From: a virus
Virus record (IMG/VR): IMGVR_UViG_3300010334_006426
Location: 1-64,000 of that record
Length of the DNA stretch: 64,000 nt
Reading direction: 5' to 3' (one strand)
Numbering within the stretch: position 1 is the stretch's first letter; every line of letters starts with the position of its first letter. Made by a program: the position numbers and the translations under genes. Positions 56,389-64,000 of the stretch are shown here, one piece after another. A model generated the notes under the pieces. The model ran no database searches. It was given only the letters and a program-made list of their open reading frames with translations, and was not told where the DNA came from.

Positions 56389-56777
56389 TTGGATTAAGTG
56401 CTTTAGGCGGGTTTAGAAAAGATATTAATCTTTTAGAAAAAATACCATCTATTAGTTATGAAAATATTTTTCGTATGTATTTGACTGAAAATACTGATAA
56501 TACAAATTTCTATTATTATAATTTGCTCAATAGTGTTTATTTTCCAGATGATATACCTAGCAGCATCTATTATGCTATTACGTTAAATAAAAGACTTCCA
56601 TGGACAGCTATTAGTTATAATGAATATAGAACTACAGATTTATGGTGGCTAATTGTCTTAGCAAACAAAATACATAACCCAGTTTACTATCCCGCACCAG
56701 GTTCAACCTTAAGAATTATTAAACCTGAATATGTAAAGCTTATATTTAACGAAATAACCGCTCAAATAAAACAATAA
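56385..56777 (+). CDS. gp53: Baseplate wedge gp53-like (LysM-type)
   Basis: ISY..Y.TTDLWWLIVLAN.I.NP...G..LRI. Confidence 0.75.
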   Translation: MIGLSALGGFRKDINLLEKIPSISYENIFRMYLTENTDNTNFYYYNLLNSVYFPDDIPSSIYYAITLNKRLPWTAISYNEYRTTDLWWLIVLANKIHNPVYYPAPGSTLRIIKPEYVKLIFNEITAQIKQ

Positions 56778-58330
56778 TGAACCCAATAGTACAAAATTTG
56801 TCCTTTTCGAGTCAAGGCGAACATGTTCAAATTGGCGACATGCAGTATGAGTTTAATGTTCAGCTTTATAATGGCGATGGTAATTCTATAGGGATAAAAT
56901 ACCCTAGTATAGTAGAGCTTTGTATATCTGATTTAATTACTACATTTGCCCCTGATGGTTATCTAATTTTTAATAATCCTTTAGATGCAATCGAGAGTGT
57001 TCAAAGCATATCAACAGATGTAAGAGGTATGCCTCAGCAGGCATTTACACCTTTCACTTTTAGAGGAGATGGTAGAGATTTTCTTGTTATAAATATAAAA
57101 CCCTCTGTCAACATAGGTGACAGTGATCCACTTAATACATCGGATGATAATGAGTACTCTTTTAGCTATGTATTTACAGTGTACGATATGCAAGATATTA
57201 TAACTGATGATAGAGAAGTTAAACTAAAAAAACTTTTTCTGTGTGACTTAACTTTTCAAATTTTAAATGAAAAAAATAGCTATTTTTCTACAGCTAAAAT
57301 GACAGATGGAAAAGGTAAAAGTAATACCGAGAGAAGTGCTTTTACTGGACAAGCATTAAGACAGCTACTATCAGATGTTTTATCTAAAGATACTAAGCTT
57401 AAACAATCTTTTAGTACCGAATGGGATCTTGGAAGTGAGAAAATATTTTACAGTAGCCCAGCTGGAAATAAAGCTATAGATGATTTGTATTACTTGTTAG
57501 ATTATCATGTTAGTGGTAAAGAAAATGATTATTGCCCAGCATTATTGAGAAAAAGTAGAAAAAATGTATGGGCATTAACACCGATTACTAAATTATTTCG
57601 TACCGCTTACTATAAAGGATCTTCTTCTTTTGGAGATATAGGTGGAACCGGGTTATCAGAAAATTTTATATTAGGAAAGCCTACTACTGGTGACTATGAT
57701 CCGTTAAACGTTATTGAACGTAATCCTTCCTCTTCAGTATTTGCAAATAATTTACCAGATTATTCTTATATAGAAAATTTTGAAAGTGCTAGTATATCTG
57801 CCACATCAAATACTTTAGGTGTTGCGACACATGTTGTTCATAGCTATGACCCGGCTAATAAAACCTTTTCTATAGACTTAACAGAAAATAATATTAATAG
57901 TTCTTATAACAAATATAAAAAATATTTTGTTAATTCGCAGAAAGGTGTAATGGGGTCTTCACCTAGCCCTAATATATTTTTAAACAAAACTAAGACAGAA
58001 AATAAATCAATTCAACACGTATTTAATCCCAACACAAATCAATCTATACGATTAAATTCAGGTACTAATAAAATTATGTTAAACTCAATTTTTAATAATA
58101 CTACCATTGCTTTTAAAACAAGAGGCAGTATTCTAAGAGAAGCTGGTAAATTCTTTACTTTAGAGAGACGAGACTTTGCAAATAATTCTGCTTTTGATAA
58201 TAAAATGCTAGGTACATATTTCATTACTAAGGTAGATCATGTATTTAAGAACGGTCAATATTATAACTATATAGTAGGAGTTAAGACGTATGCTGCAGAA
58301 AGCATGAACATGTCTAATGAAATTATATGA
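56777..58330 (+). CDS. Baseplate hub protein (gp27-like)
   Basis: C-terminal G...R.AG.F..GTYFITKVDHVF; position. Confidence 0.55.
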   Translation: MNPIVQNLSFSSQGEHVQIGDMQYEFNVQLYNGDGNSIGIKYPSIVELCISDLITTFAPDGYLIFNNPLDAIESVQSISTDVRGMPQQAFTPFTFRGDGRDFLVINIKPSVNIGDSDPLNTSDDNEYSFSYVFTVYDMQDIITDDREVKLKKLFLCDLTFQILNEKNSYFSTAKMTDGKGKSNTERSAFTGQALRQLLSDVLSKDTKLKQSFSTEWDLGSEKIFYSSPAGNKAIDDLYYLLDYHVSGKENDYCPALLRKSRKNVWALTPITKLFRTAYYKGSSSFGDIGGTGLSENFILGKPTTGDYDPLNVIERNPSSSVFANNLPDYSYIENFESASISATSNTLGVATHVVHSYDPANKTFSIDLTENNINSSYNKYKKYFVNSQKGVMGSSPSPNIFLNKTKTENKSIQHVFNPNTNQSIRLNSGTNKIMLNSIFNNTTIAFKTRGSILREAGKFFTLERRDFANNSAFDNKMLGTYFITKVDHVFKNGQYYNYIVGVKTYAAESMNMSNEII

Positions 58331-59154
58331 GCATTACTACAGATCCACAGCTAACACAAATAAATTTATTTTATAAGAAGGATTTCTACGAAAAAGCATC
58401 CAACTATCTTGGCGCAATACAAAGTTATTCTACTGAGCTCGGTTATGCTATAGAACATTCTAAGGCAAAAGTCGCTAATGACCCTATAACAGCGATGTCA
58501 GATTTCTACGTTAAGATGGATAATAGAATGAAAAGTATGGGAGCACAATTTACAGCGCATTGGATAAAAAATTATAATTTAACATTAGAAAAAGTAAGAA
58601 ATGAAGTTGGTCTAAAAATTGGTACAGGTACTTTTTATCGCAGTTTTGGTGATAGTATTGGCAGTATAGCTAGACAAGAAACTCTTTACGATGAGAGCAC
58701 CACATCAATTCAAAATAAAGCTTTTCCTGTGAGATATGGTTCTTCTATGTCGAACAAAATACACCCTCAAATACAATTACTTTATGCGGACTTTAGTAAT
58801 AAACTTAATAAAATTTTTAATCAAAATTTACAAAATATACAATCAACAGGTTCTTTGTCTACTAAATCCCATGGAGAAAATTTAGTGCCCGACGTAGAGC
58901 ATTCAAAAAGAATACAGAGCATAATTGCAACGTTAAATCAAAAAATAAGGAATGAATTTAAGGAACTTTACAATGTAATACTTCTCTATTGTCAGTACAA
59001 TCCTAGAGCATCAACTCAAAATATTCAATTTGTTCCAAATTTTAACATTACAGTTAATGTAGAAGGTAACAACTTAAATCAAGATATACTCTTTAATCAA
59101 TTACAAGAAGTTAAGAAAGATATTGTCACGAAGACAATACTGGGACTAGGGTAA
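58327..59154 (+). CDS. Hypothetical tail-module protein
   Basis: 275 aa, ATGA-coupled. Confidence 0.6.
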   Translation: MSITTDPQLTQINLFYKKDFYEKASNYLGAIQSYSTELGYAIEHSKAKVANDPITAMSDFYVKMDNRMKSMGAQFTAHWIKNYNLTLEKVRNEVGLKIGTGTFYRSFGDSIGSIARQETLYDESTTSIQNKAFPVRYGSSMSNKIHPQIQLLYADFSNKLNKIFNQNLQNIQSTGSLSTKSHGENLVPDVEHSKRIQSIIATLNQKIRNEFKELYNVILLYCQYNPRASTQNIQFVPNFNITVNVEGNNLNQDILFNQLQEVKKDIVTKTILGLG

Positions 59155-59608
59155 CATTTACTGCCTCTGCTTGTGCCTCTATAACTTTTGCTTCGTCCAG
59201 AATGCGCTTAAACACCTCATCTCGACTTAATAAAAGTTTTTCTTTTCTATCATCGTCTTTCAACATTTTTCTAGATTCAATTTCCATAATTTTTAAATCT
59301 TTTGCAGAGTCTTTCTTCATTTGTGTTACGTGAATATCTTTAATAATAGAAAGCGCACTCGACACAGCCTTTAATGCCTCAGATAGTGCTTCTACCTCTC
59401 GACTTTCAGGGTTATTCATTACATAATCCTTTACACCTTCAACTATTTCAAGACCTTGAGTTACTAGCTTACCAGTACTATTAAGTACAAAACTTTCTAA
59501 CTTTTCCCTAGGTAGATCGAAATTATTATTGAGAAGATCCTTATTATTGTTTGTATTAACTTTTAATTGGGTTATTAAGTCGTCTACGCTAAATTCTTTT
59601 TCTGCCAT
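59126..59608 (-). CDS. Terminase small subunit gp16-like
   Basis: Helical ~160 aa, PESREVEALSEALKAV resembling the gp16 PRxxEV helix; TATAAATA upstream. Confidence 0.45.
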   Translation of the reverse strand: MAEKEFSVDDLITQLKVNTNNNKDLLNNNFDLPREKLESFVLNSTGKLVTQGLEIVEGVKDYVMNNPESREVEALSEALKAVSSALSIIKDIHVTQMKKDSAKDLKIMEIESRKMLKDDDRKEKLLLSRDEVFKRILDEAKVIEAQAEAVNVTLVPVLSS

Positions 59609-59656
59609 TCATTATTTATACCTTGAAATTAATATACAATATATTATATTATTACT
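59609..59656. promoter_or_regulatory. Divergent late (-) and sigma70-like (+) promoters
   Basis: Minus TATAAATA-N4-ATG; plus TTGAAA-N16-TATATT-N6-ATG. Confidence 0.6.
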
Positions 59657-60100
59657 ATGAGTAATGTTCCTTATTCCCCTAACATGAAGTTTGAGAAAAC
59701 TCATCCTAACGCACAGCTTCCTAAGAAAAATTTTCCTACAGATTCTGGCTGGGATTTATTTGCTGTCGAAAATACTGTTATCCCTGCTAATGGCAAAGCT
59801 GTTGTGCCCGTTGGACTTAAGCTGGCCTATCTTGAAGACGGGTATTGGCTGAGTGTTGAGTCTAGATCCGGCTTGAGCTTTAAAAACTCCATTTTAGCCC
59901 ACCCTGGAGTTATAGATCAAAACTATAGAGGCGACCTTGGTGTGCTACTATATAATCATAGCAGCGCGGATTATAATGTTTCAGCAGGTGAGAGAATAGC
60001 CCAGCTGGTATTACACTATAATATACAAATTAATGTTGATTGGGGTGCTATTCAACTGACGGATAGAGGCGAAAAAGGATTCGGAAGTAGCGGTAAATGA
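59657..60100 (+). CDS. dut: Trimeric dUTPase
   Basis: SGWDL, RSGL, GVIDQNYRG, GERIAQL, RGEKGFGSSG. Confidence 0.95.
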   Translation: MSNVPYSPNMKFEKTHPNAQLPKKNFPTDSGWDLFAVENTVIPANGKAVVPVGLKLAYLEDGYWLSVESRSGLSFKNSILAHPGVIDQNYRGDLGVLLYNHSSADYNVSAGERIAQLVLHYNIQINVDWGAIQLTDRGEKGFGSSGK

Positions 60101-61032
60101 TAGATGTCGATAAAGTCTGGACGGAAAAATACCGTCCTGCAACATTGAATGATATAGTTTTATCAGAAAAAAATAAATCTATACTTAAAAAGTTTGTTGA
60201 TCAAGATGAAATTCCTAATCTTCTTTTTTGCGGGCATGCTGGTATAGGAAAAACAACATCAGCTAAAGTGCTTATTAATATACTTGACGCAGAACATATC
60301 TACCAAAATTGCTCTGAGGTGGGGATTGATGCAGTTCGGAATGATATAACAGGGTTTAGTAGAACAAAGAGTTTTAACGGTAAGAAGAAAATTGTTTTGC
60401 TAGATGAGATTGATGGAATGGCTTCTATAGAAGCGCAAAGATCTCTACGTAATGTTTTGGAAGAATACGCCGGGCACTGCAGATTTATATTGACTTGTAA
60501 TTACAAGCACAGAGTTATTGTACCGCTGCAAAGCAGATGCCAGTCTATTGATCTAGATCCAAATATTACTGAGGTTGCAAAGAGATGTTTCACCATCTTA
60601 AAGCAAGAGACAATTGCTGTTGACGAAGAAAATAAAAAGAGATTAGTTGGATTAATTAGAAAATATTTTCCAGATATACGCAAGTGTATCAATGAAATGC
60701 AAAAGTTTTCCACAGACGGTAAGCTCACTATACCTGATTTAAATGTTAATAGTGACTTTGCCGATAAAATAATTAAACTAGTAACTAGCAAGAAGGTTCT
60801 ACAGGGTCGAAAATTTGTTATTGAGAATGAAGCTTCTTTTAACGGGGATTACCCTATTTTGATGAAAAATGTCTTTGATGAAATCTGTAAAGGTAATTAT
60901 GGCTTAACAGAAAATCAAAAAAGAATGTGGCTTGTTACTACTGGCGAATACATGTACAGATCGGCATTAGTTCTAGATCAAGAAATAAATTTTTACTGTT
61001 TATTGTTGGCGTTATCAGAGATTAGCGCTTAG
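60097..61032 (+). CDS. gp44: Clamp loader ATPase gp44
   Basis: WTEKYRP, GHAGIGKTT, LDEID, FILTCN, LQSRC, FPDIR. Confidence 0.92.
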   Translation: MIDVDKVWTEKYRPATLNDIVLSEKNKSILKKFVDQDEIPNLLFCGHAGIGKTTSAKVLINILDAEHIYQNCSEVGIDAVRNDITGFSRTKSFNGKKKIVLLDEIDGMASIEAQRSLRNVLEEYAGHCRFILTCNYKHRVIVPLQSRCQSIDLDPNITEVAKRCFTILKQETIAVDEENKKRLVGLIRKYFPDIRKCINEMQKFSTDGKLTIPDLNVNSDFADKIIKLVTSKKVLQGRKFVIENEASFNGDYPILMKNVFDEICKGNYGLTENQKRMWLVTTGEYMYRSALVLDQEINFYCLLLALSEISA

Positions 61033-61645
61033 GTAAATACTTGGCCGTAGATTTTCCTGGATTAGGGAAATTAGGATTAACTTCTGGAGTGCGAGCATCT
61101 TTTGCAGGTGAGCTAGGTATTTGAACATTTACATTATTAAGTTTTCTATCACCTTCATTATCTTTATTATTACCTAAATCACTAGTCTGTGTTTGTCTAA
61201 AAGGGCGTAATGTTGCTTCAGCTGTTTTTTCTGCTTGCTCTAGCTTAGGGTCTATATTAACGTTACCTTCTCTTTTTAGACTATTAGGAACCGGGGCTAA
61301 ATTAGGGTATGTATGTATAGGTTCTAAAAGATGTGCTGGTACAGTAATAAATTCACGATATAAACCAGGCGCAACCTCTTGAACTATGTCAACTATGAAC
61401 GATTCTGCTTCGTTTTGTATATCACCAGAGTGAATAGTGGGTCTAACTGTTTTTATGGCGCTAACACGAAGATTGAGACCGCTATCTTTGAAAGATTTGG
61501 CCTTTTGAACATAGTTTGGAGCTTGCTTCTTGAAGAAATCATCACTAAATGCATTTTCTGTGAATTTAACTAAATCACCAGTTAGAAATCCACCTCTAGT
61601 AAACCTTTGAATAGAAGATTCATATAGCCTGACAAATTTGTTCAT
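61022..61645 (-). CDS. Hypothetical late protein
   Basis: TATAAATA upstream; MNKFVRLYE. Confidence 0.65.
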   Translation of the reverse strand: MNKFVRLYESSIQRFTRGGFLTGDLVKFTENAFSDDFFKKQAPNYVQKAKSFKDSGLNLRVSAIKTVRPTIHSGDIQNEAESFIVDIVQEVAPGLYREFITVPAHLLEPIHTYPNLAPVPNSLKREGNVNIDPKLEQAEKTAEATLRPFRQTQTSDLGNNKDNEGDRKLNNVNVQIPSSPAKDARTPEVNPNFPNPGKSTAKYLPKR

Positions 61646-61714
61646 ACATATTATTTATAGCTTAAAACCGTTAAATAAATACTTTTGTAACAAATATTAC
61701 ACTATAAATATAGT

Positions 61715-62182
61715 ATGGCAGCTATTGTATTAAACTCGTTTTCGGCACCTGCTTCAGGCGCTTTATATAGAGACTTACTATTAGATCTTAAAATAAACTA
61801 TACTAGAAACCTACAATTAGAAAAACATAGAGAAGTGAAGGATTTGCAAAGATCAGAAGATATAGGCGCAATTAAAAATAGCCTATTTAATTTATTTACT
61901 ACTATACCTGGTCAAAAAATATTAAACCCTATTTATGGCTTAAATTTATTGCAATATTTATTTGTACCCGCGTCAACATCACAAGCTAGAATTATTGGGG
62001 AGGTAATCTTTACTGGTGTAAAAAGATTTGAACCTAGATTATTAATTCGCAAGGTTAACGTTGAAGCTATCGAAGATCAGAATCAATATAACGTAGCAAT
62101 GATAATGGATGTACCCTCTTTAAACGTTACAAATGTATCTTTAAATGGAACATTAAATGATTCGGGATTTTATTATAATTAA
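61715..62182 (+). CDS. gp25: Baseplate wedge gp25
   Basis: YRDL, D..AIKNSL.NLF.T.PGQK.LNP.YG, FEPR. Confidence 0.9.
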   Translation: MAAIVLNSFSAPASGALYRDLLLDLKINYTRNLQLEKHREVKDLQRSEDIGAIKNSLFNLFTTIPGQKILNPIYGLNLLQYLFVPASTSQARIIGEVIFTGVKRFEPRLLIRKVNVEAIEDQNQYNVAMIMDVPSLNVTNVSLNGTLNDSGFYYN

Positions 62183-62184
62183 AC

Positions 62185-64000
62185 ATGAATACAGATATTA
62201 CAAATAATCCATTTAGTTTGCCTATTAACGCTTATGCAGCGTTCGATGCCTCTAGTTTAAAATCGTTAATGATACAGCGCTTGAGCCAGGGTAATGTATT
62301 TACAGATCAAATTTACGAGGGTAGTAATTTTAATAGTCTACTCGACATTATAGCTTACAGTTATAATGTTCTGTTGTTTTATCTAAACAAAACTGCTAGT
62401 GAGAGTATCTTTAGCCAGGCACAGCTGTATGAGAACATGAATAAAATTGTAAAGTTGCTTGGGTATAATCCAATAGGCGTACAAACCAGTATTTTGAGTT
62501 TCAATACAACCGCGCCATCCAGTCTACCTAGTGGAGTTTATACTATTCCAAGATATTCTTACTTTACAATAAACGGTATACCGTATTCATTCACCGAAGA
62601 TGCAACATTTATAAAAAATAGCGATGGTGATGAAGTCTTGCAAAACTTAAGTGATTCTAGCGTCTTGTATCAAGGATTAATGACACCATATCCAAGTTAT
62701 ATAGCTAACGGCGCGCCCTACGAAGAATTTATATTAGCCGCAGTTGGTGATGAGGGTAATGCAGATTTAATAGACCATAATAACATACATGTTTACGTTA
62801 CAACTAAGAACGGAACGTATGAACAATGGAATAGGGTAAATAGTCTTTACTTAGAATCATCTAACAGTAAGAGTTTTGAATGTCGTCTTAATGAAAATCA
62901 AAGATATGTTATAAAATTTGGTAATAATGTTAATGGAAAACAAATACCACAAAATAGTTTAATAACTGTCTTTTATCTTAAGAGTAGCGGTTATGCAGGG
63001 CAAATAGGGCCAAACGTTTTGGACGGTAATAGATTATTTCTTTATAATCAGCCAACATACAACAAGATTTTTAACGATATTAAAACAAATACAACTTACC
63101 TAAATGATGCTCAAGCATCTTTATTATCATTTAGTAACTCATCTCCTAGCACAGTCTTTAACGGGTATGAAAGTACTAAAGATATACGTAACAACGCGCC
63201 TAATTTATTTAAAACACAATATAGATTAGTTACTACAACTGATACGGAACTTTATATAAAAAATAATTTTAATAATGTTATTAATGATGTAGCTGTATTG
63301 AATAATTGGGAGTATCTAGCAGAGCATGTACGTTATCTATACAATTTAGGGCTAAGGTCCCCTAATAATGATAGCCGTGTATTGTTTAATCAAGTTACTT
63401 TTGCCGATAGTTGTGACTTTAATAATCTATATGTTTACGTGGTTCCTAAATTGCAAAATAATAATTTTAGTACAACTCTTAGAAATAATTTTCTCAATAC
63501 TGGATTAAAAGATAAAATTATAAACACTATACAGAATTTAAAAATGGCTACAACAGAGATAGTCATGATGGACCCTGTCTACATTGCAGTATCGCTGGGG
63601 GTAGCTAGTATAGATGAAATAAACAACAAAGAACTTACTACTTCTATAGGGGATGAAACAACTATACTTGTCGGTAGATCGCCTAATAGTAGATTTTCAG
63701 AAAATGAAATAAAATCTCAAATTAATAATATAATAACTAGTTATTTTAGTGTTGAAAACTGTAAGCTAGGGCAAACTATAGATTTACTATCTTTAACATC
63801 ATCAATATTATCATTAGAAGGTGTAACTTCTTTAAGAACTCAAAGAGTTGTAAATGGACAGCAAATAGTGAAAAACGGATTAAGTTTTATGGTGTTTAAT
63901 CCCGTATACAGCGACTCTAACGAAGATATAAATATTATAAATCAAAACCTTACTCTACAAAGATTTAAAATTCCATATTTGTACAAATCGGAGACAATAT
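62185..64000 (+). CDS. gp6: Baseplate wedge gp6 (3'-truncated by window end)
   Basis: Not in the ORF track; FTDQIYEGSNFNSLLDIIAY..FYLN..ASES..AQLYEN..LGYNP, IKFGN..NGK, RLVT..D. Confidence 0.88.
   Translation, partial: MNTDITNNPFSLPINAYAAFDASSLKSLMIQRLSQGNVFTDQIYEGSNFNSLLDIIAYSYNVLLFYLNKTASESIFSQAQLYENMNKIVKLLGYNPIGVQTSILSFNTTAPSSLPSGVYTIPRYSYFTINGIPYSFTEDATFIKNSDGDEVLQNLSDSSVLYQGLMTPYPSYIANGAPYEEFILAAVGDEGNADLIDHNNIHVYVTTKNGTYEQWNRVNSLYLESSNSKSFECRLNENQRYVIKFGNNVNGKQIPQNSLITVFYLKSSGYAGQIGPNVLDGNRLFLYNQPTYNKIFNDIKTNTTYLNDAQASLLSFSNSSPSTVFNGYESTKDIRNNAPNLFKTQYRLVTTTDTELYIKNNFNNVINDVAVLNNWEYLAEHVRYLYNLGLRSPNNDSRVLFNQVTFADSCDFNNLYVYVVPKLQNNNFSTTLRNNFLNTGLKDKIINTIQNLKMATTEIVMMDPVYIAVSLGVASIDEINNKELTTSIGDETTILVGRSPNSRFSENEIKSQINNIITSYFSVENCKLGQTIDLLSLTSSILSLEGVTSLRTQRVVNGQQIVKNGLSFMVFNPVYSDSNEDINIINQNLTLQRFKIPYLYKSETI

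Noticed and set aside
1-64000. Stop-codon reassignment, tRNA genes, integrase
   Set aside because: Core genes are full length under code 11 with TAA, TGA and TAG all ending genes; intergenic gaps are short and show no cloverleaf; no recombinase motif seen

Overview
This is an AT-rich, densely coding fragment of a large T4-like (myovirus) phage genome using the standard genetic code. I found no tRNA, rRNA, CRISPR array, intron or intein. It carries the T4-type replication and recombination core (gp43, gp41, gp61, gp32, gp45, gp44, gp46/47, UvsX/Y/W, late sigma gp55), packaging and tail genes (gp17, gp16-like, gp14, gp3-like, gp18, gp19, baseplate gp53/25/6 and others), and a scattered 7-deazaguanine pathway (folE, queD, queE, queC plus a separate class-II glutamine amidotransferase). 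It also has GMP reductase, a nucleotide kinase-like protein, dUTPase, five glycosyltransferase genes, a rhamnose-type epimerase/reductase and PhoH. Main observations: (1) About 20 late-class genes, mostly on the minus strand, begin with a T4 internal-protein-like capsid-targeting tag (M-x-x-F-x-x-F-x-x-E). They include a nuclease + HIGH nucleotidyltransferase + ligase-like operon, a cell-wall peptidase, a glycine-zipper protein and an aspartyl protease, suggesting a head-packaged, injected enzyme set. (2) QueC, QueE and QueD all have atypical metal-binding motifs, and no DpdA is present in the window. (3) A two-class promoter code sits directly against start codons (apparently leaderless mRNAs). 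It reveals a nested in-frame gene, an 11-codon uORF before the tail sheath gene and ORFs missing from the ORF track. All functional calls come from motif recognition and gene context, not database searches.
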